Positions 1-12,249 of a DNA stretch of 64,000 nucleotides are shown piece after piece. Under the pieces are notes generated by a model, which saw nothing but the letters and a program-made list of their open reading frames with translations, made no database searches and was not told the DNA's origin. Each line of letters begins with the position of its first letter. Within the stretch, counting starts at the first letter, position 1. Source of the stretch: Balamuthia mandrillaris (Eukaryota); NCBI GenBank assembly GCA_031835245.2, contig JAVKOQ020000052.1, forward strand, positions 1 to 64,000. The letters are read 5' to 3'. The position numbers and the translations under genes were made by a program.

Positions 1-18
1 TAACCCTAACCCTAACCC
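1..18. repeat. Telomeric repeat (TAACCC)3, followed by degenerate telomere-like units to ~80
   Basis: taaccctaaccctaaccc at the first base, C-rich strand on +, as expected for a left chromosome end; variants ccctag, cctaac and cttacctaa at 43-80. Confidence 0.9.
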
Positions 19-600
19 TGATCTGATCGAAATTTCCTTTAGCCCTAGACCTAACCTAGCTTTGCCCTAACCTTACCTAATGTTTTTCTTTTTTTTTTTT
101 TTTGTACGTCTCTCTTCTTTTCCATCTAGCCTTGTGGTGTTACTTTTTATTTATTGTTGATATATTACATATCTTCTTATTTATTGCAAGGCAGTTGAGC
201 CTTTTGGTCCTTGCTCACTGCACTTTCTCTTTAACCGTTAGTAAATACCTAGTAAATCTGAACAACAATGCTTTAGTTTGTTACTGAATATAATACGTAC
301 TTGAGTTTTATTTGCTTTGTTGTCCACTTGCTCATTCACTCACCTACTCACTCGCTCATTCGCTCAAAAGCTTTTTTATATAACTAATTCATTAGCAAAG
401 ACTTTGTCTTTTTCTACTTTCATCCATTCATTCCTACACAACTAACTTGTTTAAACTAAACATGAATACAAAGCAAACAAACCTTTCTTATTTTACTTTT
501 GTTGTCCTTGTTGTTCATGGTCGGTAATACTGTATATTCTTGTTTTTGAAATGATTGTTAATACTTAAAATCGAGAGAGCGTACTGCTAATATCAGAATG

Positions 601-726
601 ACGTTTGGACAATGCGGCATTAGTGCATAGCACTAAATTTGCAAAGCTCGGCATCGTGAAAGCCTCAGAACGTTTGGACAATGCGGCATTAGTGCATAGC
701 ACTAAATTTGCAAAGCTCGGCGTCGT
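601..726. repeat. Two 57-bp direct repeats (period 69) with internal palindromes
   Basis: acgtttggacaatgcggcattagtgcatagcactaaatttgcaaagctcggcRtcgt at 601-657 and 670-726 with one mismatch; contains ttagtgc-ata-gcactaa and tttgcaaa. Confidence 0.95.
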
Positions 727-1031
727 AACAACATCTGACCCACAGTACTATTGGTGTTTATAGACTTAGTATTGTTTTTAACTCTTTGTTATCCCAAATA
801 AAAATGTCATATACCTTCATTCCTGAGAAAAACGACCAAAGTCAGAATCATCACGAGAAGTAATGGATTTGCTTCGCAGTTATTTTGGTCGTACCGTTAT
901 CACAGCTCGCTCACTTGCTAGTTCACTCGCACTTGATAAAAAAAAAGTCCAACATAGTCTATAATATAAAATAATTGCCATCGCAGGTCTTTTAATTACT
1001 CCATCTATTCCATTTATCCATCCATACATGT

Positions 1032-1290
1032 ATGCGTGTATCAAAAGATGACAAGTGTAAAGTTAGAGGATTCTTTGTTTGCATATCAAGAATGAGAGGG
1101 CCAAAAACAAATACAACCGCTGTTATTCATGTTGCTCTTGCTTCAAAGAAGTATTACTTTCCATCTATTCAATCTTCTTGGTCCGTTGACACTTTAAAAG
1201 CTCTTCCCGAAGAGTCCTTGGCCTTTGATAGTCCAAGTTTTATCTATTTTGCTTTGTTAACAAAGCCATTATTTAGAAGTGAGCAAAAAT
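1032..1290 (+). CDS. Possible exon of an unknown third element gene
   Basis: Complex (non-repetitive) ORF ending near a gtgagc donor-like site among microsatellite-rich DNA; no recognisable motif. Confidence 0.25.
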
Positions 1291-1689
1291 ACAAGCAAGT
1301 AAGCAAGCAAGCAAGTCCTTATGAAACAAAACAATAACAACAACAACAACAACAACAACAACAAGTCAATGTAGAATAAGCATGTCAGTCAATAGCTGAC
1401 AGAGCCAACCAACGAGTGAGTGAGTGAGTGAATGAGCAAGTGGATGAATGATCAAGTAATTGCCTGTTCCCTGAAGATAAACAAACAAAGCAAAGAGTAT
1501 GTTAGTTAGTTAGTAAGATAACCAGTCAATTTGTCCGTCTATCCATCCATCCATCCGTCCGTCCGTCCGTCCGTCCGTCCGTCCATCCGTCCATCAATCC
1601 ATCTGCCTGCCCACCATCTAGCCCACTATCCATCTGCTCCATTTTTATCTCATGCAGAGGCTGTCAGTTAGTTAAGTAAATAGAACAGC

Positions 1690-1942
1690 TATATAATTCA
1701 AATAAATAAATAATAATAATAATAAATAAATAATAATAAATAATAATAAATAAATAAATAAATAAATAATAAATAATAAATAACAATAATAATAACAATT
1801 AATGTCAATAATAACAATAAATTTGTTATAAATAAATAATAAGAATAACAATAACAATAATATTAATAACAATAACAAATAAATAACAACAACAACAATA
1901 ACAATAACAAATAAATAACAACAACAAATAACAACAACAAAT

Positions 1943-2025
<83 letters not shown>
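1690..2025. repeat. (AAT)n/(AAC)n microsatellite tract
   Basis: Directly visible. Confidence 0.95.
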
Positions 2026-2307
2026 ATAAAAGAGGTGATTCCTTTGAAAATACAGTGCTGAGCAAGCCAATGCTTCTACTCGGGTTTAGTAGGTCAAAAA
2101 AGAGCTCAGCCATAACGAAAAAGGCAAGTAAATGAATGAGTGAGTAAGTGCATGCAATGAGTGAATAGAACGACAATAACAAAGAGAGTTTAAAAGAAAA
2201 GAAAAGAAAAGAAAAGAAAAGAAAAGAAAAGAAAAGAAAAGAAAAGAAAAGAAAAGAAGTATACCAAAAAAACAAGCAAAGCAAAAAAGAAAGATGAACA
2301 GGCTAAC

Positions 2308-3964
2308 AAGGCCGTGAAGAGCAGTGAGTACAGTCACAAAGGAAAACAAAGATCATGGAGAGCAGTGCGGCCAGTCACAAAGGAGAAGAAAGAAAGGTCG
2401 TGAAGAGCAGCACGGCCTCTAAGAAGAAAGGTCATGAAGGAAAAACCAAGGCCGTGAAGAGCAGTGAGTGCAGTCACAAAGGAAAACAAAGATCATGGAG
2501 AGCAGTGCGGCCAGTCACAAAGAAGAAGAAAGGTTGTGAAAAGCAGCATGGCCTCAAAGAAGAAAGGTCCTGAAGGAAAAACCAAGGCCGTGGAGAGCAG
2601 TAAGTGCAGTCACAAAGGAAAACAAAGGTCATGGAGAGCAGTACAGTCAGTCACAAAGGAGAAGAAAGGTCGTGAAGAGCAGCACGGCCTCAAAGAAGAA
2701 GAAAGGCCATCTATGAAAGAGAAGAAAAGCACAAAGGAGAAGAAAGGCTGTGAAGAGCAGTACAGCCACGAAGGAAAAGAAAGGCCGTGAAGAGCAGTGA
2801 GTGCAGCAGCCAGCCAGCCGCAAAGGAGAAGAAAGACAGCAAAGAGCAGCCAGTGTGGCCTCAAAGAAGGAGAAAAGCCAGCCAGCAAAGAGGGAAAACG
2901 GCTGTAACGAGCAGTGAGTGCAGTCATAAAGGAGAAGAAAGGCCATGAAAAGCAGCGTGACCTCAAAGAAGAAGAAAGGCCGTGAAGGGCCGTGCGGGCA
3001 CAACGGAGAAGGCCATGAAGAAAAAGAACAGCCAGCGCAACCAAAGAAGAAGAACGGCCATGAAGAGCAAAGCGGTCAGTCGGTCGGTCAGTCAGTCGGT
3101 CGGTCGGTCAGTCAGTCGGTCGGTCGGTCGGTCGGTCGTTCGGTCGGCCAGTCGGTCGGTCGGTCGGTCGGTCGGTCGGTCGGTCGGTCGGTCGGTCGGT
3201 CGGTCGGTCGGTCGCAAAGAAGAAGAAAGGCCGTGAAGGGCAGAGCAATTGCATGCAAAGAAGAAGAAAGGCCGTGATGGAGAAGAAAAGCCACGGAGAG
3301 CAGTGCAATTGCATGCAAAGGAGAAGAAAGGCTGTGAAAAAGAAGAAAGGCCATGGCCATGAAGAACAGTGTCATTACAAAGGGGAAGAAAGGTTGTGAA
3401 GAGCAGCAGTGCAGCCTCCGAGGAGAAGAAAGGCTGTGACGAGCAGTACAGCCACAAAGGGAGAAAAAGGCCGCGAAGAGCAGTGTGGCTGGCTGCGAAG
3501 AAGAAGAGAAGAGCAGTGCGGGGGCCTCAAAGGAGGGGAAAAGTCATGAAGGGAAAGAAAGGCTGTGAAGAACAGTGCAGTCCTAAAGGAGAAGAAAGGT
3601 GATGAAGAGGAAAAAGGCCGTGAAGAGCAGCGCAGCTTCCAAAAAGATGAAGAAAGGCTGTGAAGGGCTGTGCGGGATGGAGAAGGTCATGAAGAAAAAG
3701 AAAAGCCATTAAGAACAGTGCAACCACAAAGAAGAAGAAAGGCCATGAAGGGCAGAGTGGTTGGTCGGTTAGTCGGTCGGTTGGTCGGTCGGTCGGTCGG
3801 TTGGTCGGTCGCCAAGAAAAAGAAAGGCCGTGACGGCGGGGCCGAAAAGCCACAGAGAGCAGTTTGACCACAACAGAGAAGAAAGGCCATGAAGAACAGT
3901 GTGGCTACAAAGAGGAAGAAAGGTGTGACGTGTGGGTCATGAAGAGGGAGGAAGGCCGTGAAGG
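2308..3964 (+). repeat. Degenerate tandem array of roughly 35 short hairpin units (GGCCGTG-AAGAGCAG-CACGGCC plus purine linker), interrupted by (CGGT)n
   Basis: Recurrent aaggccRtgaagagcag...caaaggagaagaa, period about 35-45 nt; a ~135-bp higher-order unit occurs three times at 2308-2700; (CGGT)n at ~3072-3212 and ~3760-3810. Confidence 0.9.
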
Positions 3965-4071
3965 GTGAGTCCTCGTGCGATCCGTGCCACTTTTATCTTT
4001 CTTTTTTTTTTTTCGGCCTGCTGATTAATTTGTTTTCCCTTCCCTGTTACCCCCCTTCCCCCTTCCCCCTT

Positions 4072-4114
<43 letters not shown>

Positions 4115-4148
4115 GCCCGGTCGAAAACGGACCCGGAGAAAAAAGAAA

Positions 4149-4464
4149 ATGAAACGTAACAGAGGGGAACTGAAGGAACACTACCAAACGCTAGAGCGAC
4201 AGCTACGATGCCAGCAACAGCAGCAGCAGCAACAGCAGCAACAAGAGAAGGCAGAAAACAAGCGACTGAAGCGCGTACGGCTTCGACAAGCGAAAATGAA
4301 ACGCAGGCACGTCTTTTTAACAGTATTATTGTTGTTATGTTGTTGTTGTTGTTGTTGTTCTTCTTCTTCTTGTTCTTCTTGTTCTTGTTCTTGTTCTTGT
4401 TCTTGTTCTTCTTCTTCTTCTTCTTCTTCTTCTTCTTCTTCTTCTTCTTCTTCTTCTTCTTCTT

Positions 4465-4495
<31 letters not shown>

Positions 4496-5911
4496 TTGGT
4501 TACCATAGGTTGTTTGGTTAACTTTAGGTTTGCTTTCCGCTTTTTGCTCCTCCTTTGTTCATATTGGTGGCATTGTTCTATGCAACTTGACCGACTGTTG
4601 AATTGCAAACGTAGACGAGCAGGGATTCACCTCTCACCTCCATTACCAAAGATAAAGCTACCATTACTTAGTAGCGAGGAAAAGTTACAAGTCCTGTGGT
4701 CAGCACCTCTGACTTTGGAAGAAAGCCAACAATCTGGCCCCTTTTCTTCTTATCGCTTGCTGTCCGCAAAAGACCTGCTGGACTCTTTCCAGTTTGAGGC
4801 CGAAGCTAGTACCCACAGCTTAAAACGACTTTTTCCCTGCAGCAGCAGCGGTGGCAGCAGCGGCGGCGACAAAAACAAGATGAACTCAAAGGCAGCTTAC
4901 AAGTAATTTCTCTTTCTTCTTCTTTATGTTTGTTCTACTCAATGTGTTTTCTTTTTTTCCGTTCTCCTGGTTTGTTCATTGTTTTTTTTCTTTCTTTCTA
5001 TCTCTTCTTTTTCTTTTTCTTTTTCTTTTTCTTTTTTTTTTTTTTACTTTGCTTGCTCTCTTGCTCGCTCGCTCACTCGCTCGCTCACGTTTTTGATAAA
5101 CAGGTTAGCTTATATTTATGTTCCAGTGGATAAGCAACTTAAAGAATGGAAAGAAAGGCATTGTCTCTCCAACCAAGACCTTCACTTGATTATGACCTCT
5201 AGCGGTGGGAACTTGGGCAAAAGAAACAACATTGCCAGTGCAGGGAAGGCAGCTGGCGTGGGAAAGCGACCAGGCACGGACAAAGGATACTTTGGGCTGT
5301 CATATACCCTTGCTCCACGTGGTCCAATTTTTCAGGAATGGCTTTCAAAATGGTGGACGCAGCAACCCTTGCAGTTGAGAACTAGAAGAGAGGAACAAGA
5401 AGAAATGGAGAAAAAGGAAAAGGAAAGTGCAACCACAAAAATGATAACAACAAAGAAGACCATGGAAGAGAAAGAGGAGGAGGAAGAGGAAGCGGACGAG
5501 GACGAGGACGAGGACGAGGAAGAGGAAAAGGAAGAGAACAAGGAAGAAGAAGAGGAAGAGGAAGAGGATAAGGAAGAGGAAAAGGAAAAGGAAGAGGAAG
5601 AGTCAGAAGAAAAACAAAAAGAAAAGAAAAGAAGCACTAGACCTCACTATCACCACAAGGATTTTCCCTACAAGGAACTAAGGAACTTGGAAACTCTCCG
5701 CCCAGATCTCTACGCTTCTTTCGAGTCGTTGGCTTGCATTTTGGCCGCAATAATGCAACAGCACTGCCAAAGGGCTTCAAAGTATCGAAAGAAAACCCTG
5801 AAGAGGCTTTTTTCAACAACTGTAGGAGCATCAATGTCATCTTCATCTCCATTATCATTCTCTTCCTTTTCCTTCTTCCCCTCCTCTTCCTCTTCGTTGT
5901 CATCATCCTCG

Positions 5912-5965
<54 letters not shown>

Positions 5966-6631
5966 GCAGCACTGAAGGAAGGGATAAAGACATCAATAAA
6001 GTGGAAACGCTACCTAGAGGCCGTGGCCATCAGGATGGCCCACAGAGGTACTCTTCTAGGCCAAGGCTTTGCCACAAACCTTATTTTTAGTTGGAATTTT
6101 AGTTCAGCGCCACATGTGGATCCGCAAGATGATGCTAAGGGATTGGCCATTGTGGTTTGGTGGCGCGGTTGGGACCAAAGCAACCGCTGCCCCTACGGCA
6201 GTGATGATGGAAAGCATCGTGCAGCAGGAGAGGTATGGGCCTTTTTTTTCCCTCAATTCTATCGTGCAGTGCGCCTGCATGACCTGGCAACTATTATCTT
6301 CAATTCGGCTGAAGTGTGGCATGGTTCGATCTTTCAAAGAGCTCCGCATTGCACATGTTCAGTTTATGGCTCAATCTCCGCCTTGAACAAACGATTTTTG
6401 AGTGCAATGCACAAGAAAAAGAGCAATGATGACAGCCAGCAACAACAACAACTACCTCCATCACAACTACAACCACAACCACAACCACAACAGCAACAAC
6501 AAAAACAACCCCAACAACAACAACTCTCATCACCACTACTGCCACCACCACTATTGCAAGACTTAACACGATCCTTGTTTGAAATGGCCTCGTACTTTAG
6601 TGCCCCACGAACGACTACAACGACAAAATAA
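4149..6631 (+). CDS. Tet/JBP-like 2OG-Fe(II) dioxygenase, spliced (last exon 5104-6631; intron 4903-5103; 5' exons uncertain)
   Basis: AAGVGKRPGTDKGYFGLSY; FATNLIFSWNFSSAPHVDPQD (HxD at 6113-6121); AFFFPQFYRAVRL...IIFNSAEVWHGS (distal His at 6320-6322); GSISALNKR. This resembles the Tet-like family expanded in rust fungi and other basidiomycetes. The GT-AG intron restores the frame (..AYK-LAYIY..). Confidence 0.8.
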
Positions 6632-6662
6632 CAGTCAGCAGCAAGCAGATTAGAACAATTGT

Positions 6663-6983
<321 letters not shown>

Positions 6984-6989
6984 GGATAT

Positions 6990-9900
6990 TTACAACACTA
7001 ATAAAGGATCCACAAAGTCATCTTCAGCTGTCCTTGAAATAATAACAACATCATCATTAGAATCTTCATCTTCATCTTCCTCTTCAACAACAGCACACTC
7101 CTTCTGTGTGGTCTTTCTTTGAACAGCTGCTCTTTTGCTCTGTTGTCCTTGTCGAAGTCGTCGTCGTCGTTGTTGTGATGATGAGTGTTTATTCCTCCTT
7201 CTTCTCGATTTTAGGGTTGTGGTCCTGCTTTGGTCGTTAGTTTGTCTGGTGGTGGTGGTTGATTGTTGTAGGCCATCCTTTTCCTCGTTTCCCACCCTCG
7301 TGACAGCAACCACAGCACTTCCTCCGCCACCATCCTCACCACAGGTTGAAGAAGTAACAGCCGCAGCCCCAGTCTTTCTTCGTTTTGCTTTGCGAAAACC
7401 AGTGTCGATCTGGTCGTTACCCTCTTGGCTGAAATCTAGAATGCCGATGCAAGGACCGCGAAGACGTTGTTTCGGTTCCATCATCAGCAGATTGTGTAGG
7501 TCCTGGCAATTGTTGCAGTTGTTGTTGTTGTTGTTGTTGTTGTTGTCATTGTTGTAGTGGTGATGATGATAAGGATCCTCCTCTTGTGCCTCTTCGTTGT
7601 TGCTCTCATGGTCGTTGGTGTCGTGGGTAAGAAGGTGACGATGATGGCGAGTAGCACGCCGCTTGTTGTGGGAGTTGGGCATCGAGTGTTGGCCGAGGCG
7701 AGCGAGCTCCTTTGGTAACTGCACCTGCTCCCATTCCACATCATCAACAGTGGTCCTGAGAGGGCGAGCATAGCCCGAAATCTCGAGGTCCCTTTGAAGT
7801 CCTGGGTAATCCCCTTTTGTCATCCCCATGGAGGCCTTCGTGGAACGAGACACTTCTTCATCGTCGTCATCGCCTTCGTTGCTGTCGCTGCTGCTGCTGT
7901 CCTCCTCAGGACTGCTGAAGGCTGCTGAGGAACCGCCACCGCCACTCCCACCGCCACCACCACCGTCGCCACCACCACCACTACCACAACAACGGATAAA
8001 CCAAGCATTTGTTTGGTCTAAAACGGACCTCACTCCTTGTTGCAAAAGCTCATCCACCAGCTGCTGTTGGGTTCTCCATGTTTCCTCAAACGTACTGTAG
8101 CGATTGTAGTTTTCGCGCATAACCATCTCTTGCACGTTCAACAAATCGGCCAGGGCACTCAACCATTTGGAGAATTCCTCGGTGTCCAGGCTACCTTTCT
8201 TGCGGAAAACATCGGTCAAGGTCATCCTTCGGTATTGAATTGGCGTGAGTCCAGCCACATAAGGATTGAAGTCTTGGCCCATCTGACGAACCTCTTGGCT
8301 GAACTGCTTGTACTCCATCGCTTGGCCCTTCCTGTTGATCCACAAAGCCCAAGGATTGAATGGATGTTCCTTGCGACTTTGTTGTCCGGAGGTGGCGCAG
8401 CAATGGTTGTTGCTGTTGTTGTGGTTGTTGCGGCGGTTGCCATGGGTCAGGTTGCGTAGCATCGTCGTGTCACCCTCAGCATGGTTGCTGTCCTCCTCCT
8501 CCTCCTCCTCCTCCTCCTCCTCCTCTTTCACAATCTTCTAGGCAGTGGTCCTCATCCGACATGGTATTCTCTTTATCTTCATCATCATCATCATTGTTGT
8601 CATGAGTGTCGTCGTTGTGTTTGTTGTAGTTATTGCCGTTATCTTCGACATCAGTATTGCCGTTGACAGTTGTTGTTAAGGGACGGTGATGATGAGGAGA
8701 ATGCAAGTGGCTGCTATCGAGTAACGAAGGACGAACCGTACTCAAAAAGTAATCCAACAAAGGTATAAAGCAGGATGGCAAAGGAATCTTATTTGTTTTG
8801 GTTCGAGTTTTTTTCTCTCGAGTGGAGATGATGTAAAGTATCACCTCTTCGTGGCGCTTGTGTGATGAAGCAGCACTAGCCTCAGCTTCAGTAGATAGGG
8901 AAGAGGATGCAGAAGAAGAAGAAGAAGAAGAAGAAGAAGAAGAAGAAGAAGAAGAAGAACAAGAAGAAGAAGCCGAAGATGATGATGATGATGATGACGA
9001 TGTTGAAGGCGAACCCACTTTTAAACGATCGAGTCGTAAACCAGCCACTACTTGTCGTCTCAAACCACCGCAAAAATTCATAAGCAATGTCATCAAACAA
9101 CGTTGAAAAAGCCTTGCTTCCTGTCGTTGAAACAGTAGTTTTTTGGTTTGTAGCCGTTGTCGTTTCTTTCGACGACGTTGCTGTCGCTGTTATAATTAAC
9201 AGAGCCACCATGAAGAAAAAGCAAAGTAAGAAAAGTAAGAAAAGTAGGACTCACTCACCACAAAAACAAACAAACGAAACAAACAAACAAATTATTGCCC
9301 TCCCTAAGCAATGTTTCCTCACCCTAATAAGACGGACAAACAGATAAAACAATAAAAATGGAATCTATCCATCTGTTCATTCTAACCAGCCAGCCAGCCA
9401 GCCAGCCAGATTACCAACCTTTCTTTTAATAGCCTTGCAGGTTAGAGCATGCATCTTGTTCAACATCCAGATGGCAAACACAGCCCTTTCTTCCGCAGTG
9501 ATAAACTTGCCGTTGTTGATCATATCCTTTTCATGGAAAATTTCACTTTGATAGCTGTGGTTTTCGTGCATAGCTTGATTTGCTACTTCTCGAATTAACT
9601 AACCACCAACCTTACATCAGTTATAGAAAGAAACGACAAGAAAGAAAGAAAGAAAGAAAGAAGAAAGAAACAACAACAAGAAATGACAAGAAAGAAACAA
9701 CTACAAAGAAAGAAAGAAAGAAACGACTAGAAAGAAATGACAAGAGAGAAAGAAAGAGACCAAAAGGAAATAGCTACATACGAGACGACAAAATACGATT
9801 TGCCGAACATAACCACGAAATTCAGGTTGGAATGACATCCACCACAGCACTCGTGCCAATATAGCCGCTTTGTTTCGTCGCGTCTTTGCCTGTCCCCAAC

Positions 9901-11869
9901 AGCAGTTTGCAAACTTAACCCAGATACGAACTCGCACACAATCATACAACATGCTAATATGTGGTTTCCATTCGCCACCGCTGCTGCCACCACCGTTGTT
10001 CCATTTTTGGTTGGTTGGTTGGTTGGTTGGTTGGTTGGTTGGTTGGTTGGTTGGTTGGTTGGTTGGTTGGTTGGTTGGTTGGTTGGTTGGTTGGTTGTAT
10101 TGAGATGTAGAGTTGATTGGTTAGTTCATTGGTGAGGTAACGAACAAATGAATAACGCTAATGATGCAAGAGTTGGTTGGTCCTCCAAGGCACTTACCTT
10201 TGTTTGCCACTGCAGCCATAAGTTACTTCGCATTCATAAATCAAACGATAAAACTGGGCCAATACGCTTTTGATATCGCTAGCTGTTTGGTCGCAACTGC
10301 CAAAAGTAACACTTTTTCTTTTTTCTTGGCTTTGTGTTTGAAGGATCCTTCGGGTTTCTGTATCCACACGGTTCTTTTTCAGAGCCGCTTCTTGCTTCAC
10401 GTAGCATGCTAGATATGGAACAAATGGAGCCACTTCCTTATTGAAATTCAGTCCCTTTGTGAGAAGAACAACAACAATAACAACAATCAATCACAGTTAG
10501 CTGAGAGTAACCAACCAACCAACCAACCAACCAACCAACCAACCAACCAACCAACCAACCAAGAAATGGTGAACAAAGAGGCGATGGAAAACAAAATAGG
10601 CCTTACCAAGAAACGGTTGTTGCGGTCTGTTCCTTTTTCTATCAAAGCCATAAGTAGCTGTTCCTTCTTTTTACTAGTGTAGATGGTAGAGAGTTTTGTA
10701 CTATCATCATCTTGAATTTCTTGTTGTTGTTGTTGTTGTTCTGCTTCTTCTGCTTCTTCTTCTTCTTCTTCTTCTTCTTCTTCTTCTTCTTCTTCTTCTT
10801 CTTCTTCTTCTTCTTCTTCTGTTTCTTCTTCTTCTTCTGTTGCTTCTTTATGTACGTCTTCTTTGTTTTGTGCTTTTTCATCTACTTCTTCTGCTTCTGT
10901 TGTTGCTTCATCGTTTTCTTCATCTTTCCGTTTTCTTACTTCCAATTCCTTGCTGCTGCTGCTGCTGCTGCACTTCCACATGTTGTTCTCAGCAGCGCGA
11001 GCATTCTTTCTGGCATCATCCTCAATTTCTGAAGAAGCATTCGAAGACTTCAACAAGAATAGATCATCCTCCTCTTCTTCAAGAATGTCCGTCACCTCAT
11101 CATGGTTTACTGCTGCTGTTGCTTGTTCTGCTGCTGTTGCTGAGAGAAAAGAAGAGGAGGGAAAAGAAGAAAAGAGGAAGGATGATAATGGTGATGCAGT
11201 GAATGTTTCCATGGTCTCCATCGACATTATCGATGGATCAACCGCACCACTTGAGGCCACAGTCAAGGGAGTTACTGTTTGTGTTGTTGTTGTTGTTGAA
11301 GAGAAAGAAGGTTCCAAGTAGTCGCCAAGGAACTGGTGCATTGAAGATGATGCGTATGAGGAAAAGGGATGTTGTTGTTGTTGTCGTTGGAGCTGCACCT
11401 GTTGTAGTTGTTTGGGTTATTGTATGTTAGTATGAACAATAAAAGCAGCACTTATACAGAGTGTTTTGATGGATGGATGGATGGATGGATATGGATGGAT
11501 GGATGGATGGATATGGATGAATGGATGGATGGAGGGAGTGAGTGAGTGAGTAAGGGAAGAGAAAGAAAGGCAAGGTAGGCTACTCGCAATCAAAGTTCTT
11601 GTGCTTACCTGTGAGTTGTCCTCAAAGGCCATTTTCACCTCATTTTCACCAACTGCAGGGCTTGTAGTTGTCGTTGTTTGAGTTCGTTGTTGTTTTCGTT
11701 GCTTACGACGTAGTCTTCTTGCCTTTCTTCTCTGAAGTCGGTTGTGATAACGACAACAACGAACAACTGTTTGCTCTTTGTCCATCACACAGCAACACTT
11801 TCCATTGTTGTTGTTGTTGTTGTTGTTGCTGTTATGATCCCTGTAGAACTGTTCTTCTTCTTTTTCCAT
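6990..11869 (-). CDS. Divergent tyrosine recombinase (phage-integrase fold), multi-exon, with an apparent frameshift near 8527
   Basis: [24 protein letters not shown] (first Arg, ~9052-9070); [15 protein letters not shown] (Lys); [19 protein letters not shown] (HxxR position, ~8226-8247); [18 protein letters not shown] (Tyr at 8106-8108). Upstream exons with GT donors at ~11609, ~10606, ~10197 and ~9780 link to this frame. Confidence 0.75.
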
Positions 11870-12249
11870 TTCTGCTCGCTTCTTTACTTGCCCTTGCACT
11901 TACTCACTTGCAGGCTTGCTTTCTTTTCTTTCTTTTCTTTCTTTTTTGTGTCTTCCATCCCATCTTCGTCACCTGTTCGCTCTTCTCTTCACCCATCAAT
12001 TTTCTTCTATTTTCACCAATGTTTTTTTTTTCATTAATTATTTCTATTAAATCTATCTTCTCATTGGATGGCTTTTGGTGATGGTTGTTTTTTGGTCTTT
12101 GTTTCCGTTTTGTTGTAGTTTTTTTTGAGCTACGTACGTACGACAAAAAAAAACAGTTTTGCTGTTCGCTGCAATAGTAAGAACAACACAGCACAGCAAA
12201 GGCAAACAAAAGTAGTGAGAACGAACTTGTTTGCTTGCTTCTTGGCTTG

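Noticed and set aside
601..726. Twister ribozyme (aatgcggc...caaagc resemblance)
   Set aside because: The conserved UAA cleavage context and the 3' P2/P1 strands could not be found.
1672..2349. Poly-Leu/Val/Cys/Phe ORFs here and at 6659-7122, 10642-11202, 51590-51877 and 60461-61056
   Set aside because: They are translations of microsatellites or antisense frames of real exons.
2355..3890. Short Lys/Glu/Arg-rich ORFs across the array
   Set aside because: Monomer lengths do not keep frame and stops are frequent; these are by-products of the repeat.
2308..3964. CRISPR-like repeat-spacer array
   Set aside because: No unique spacers; variable parts are mutated versions of one monomer; no cas genes; eukaryotic context.
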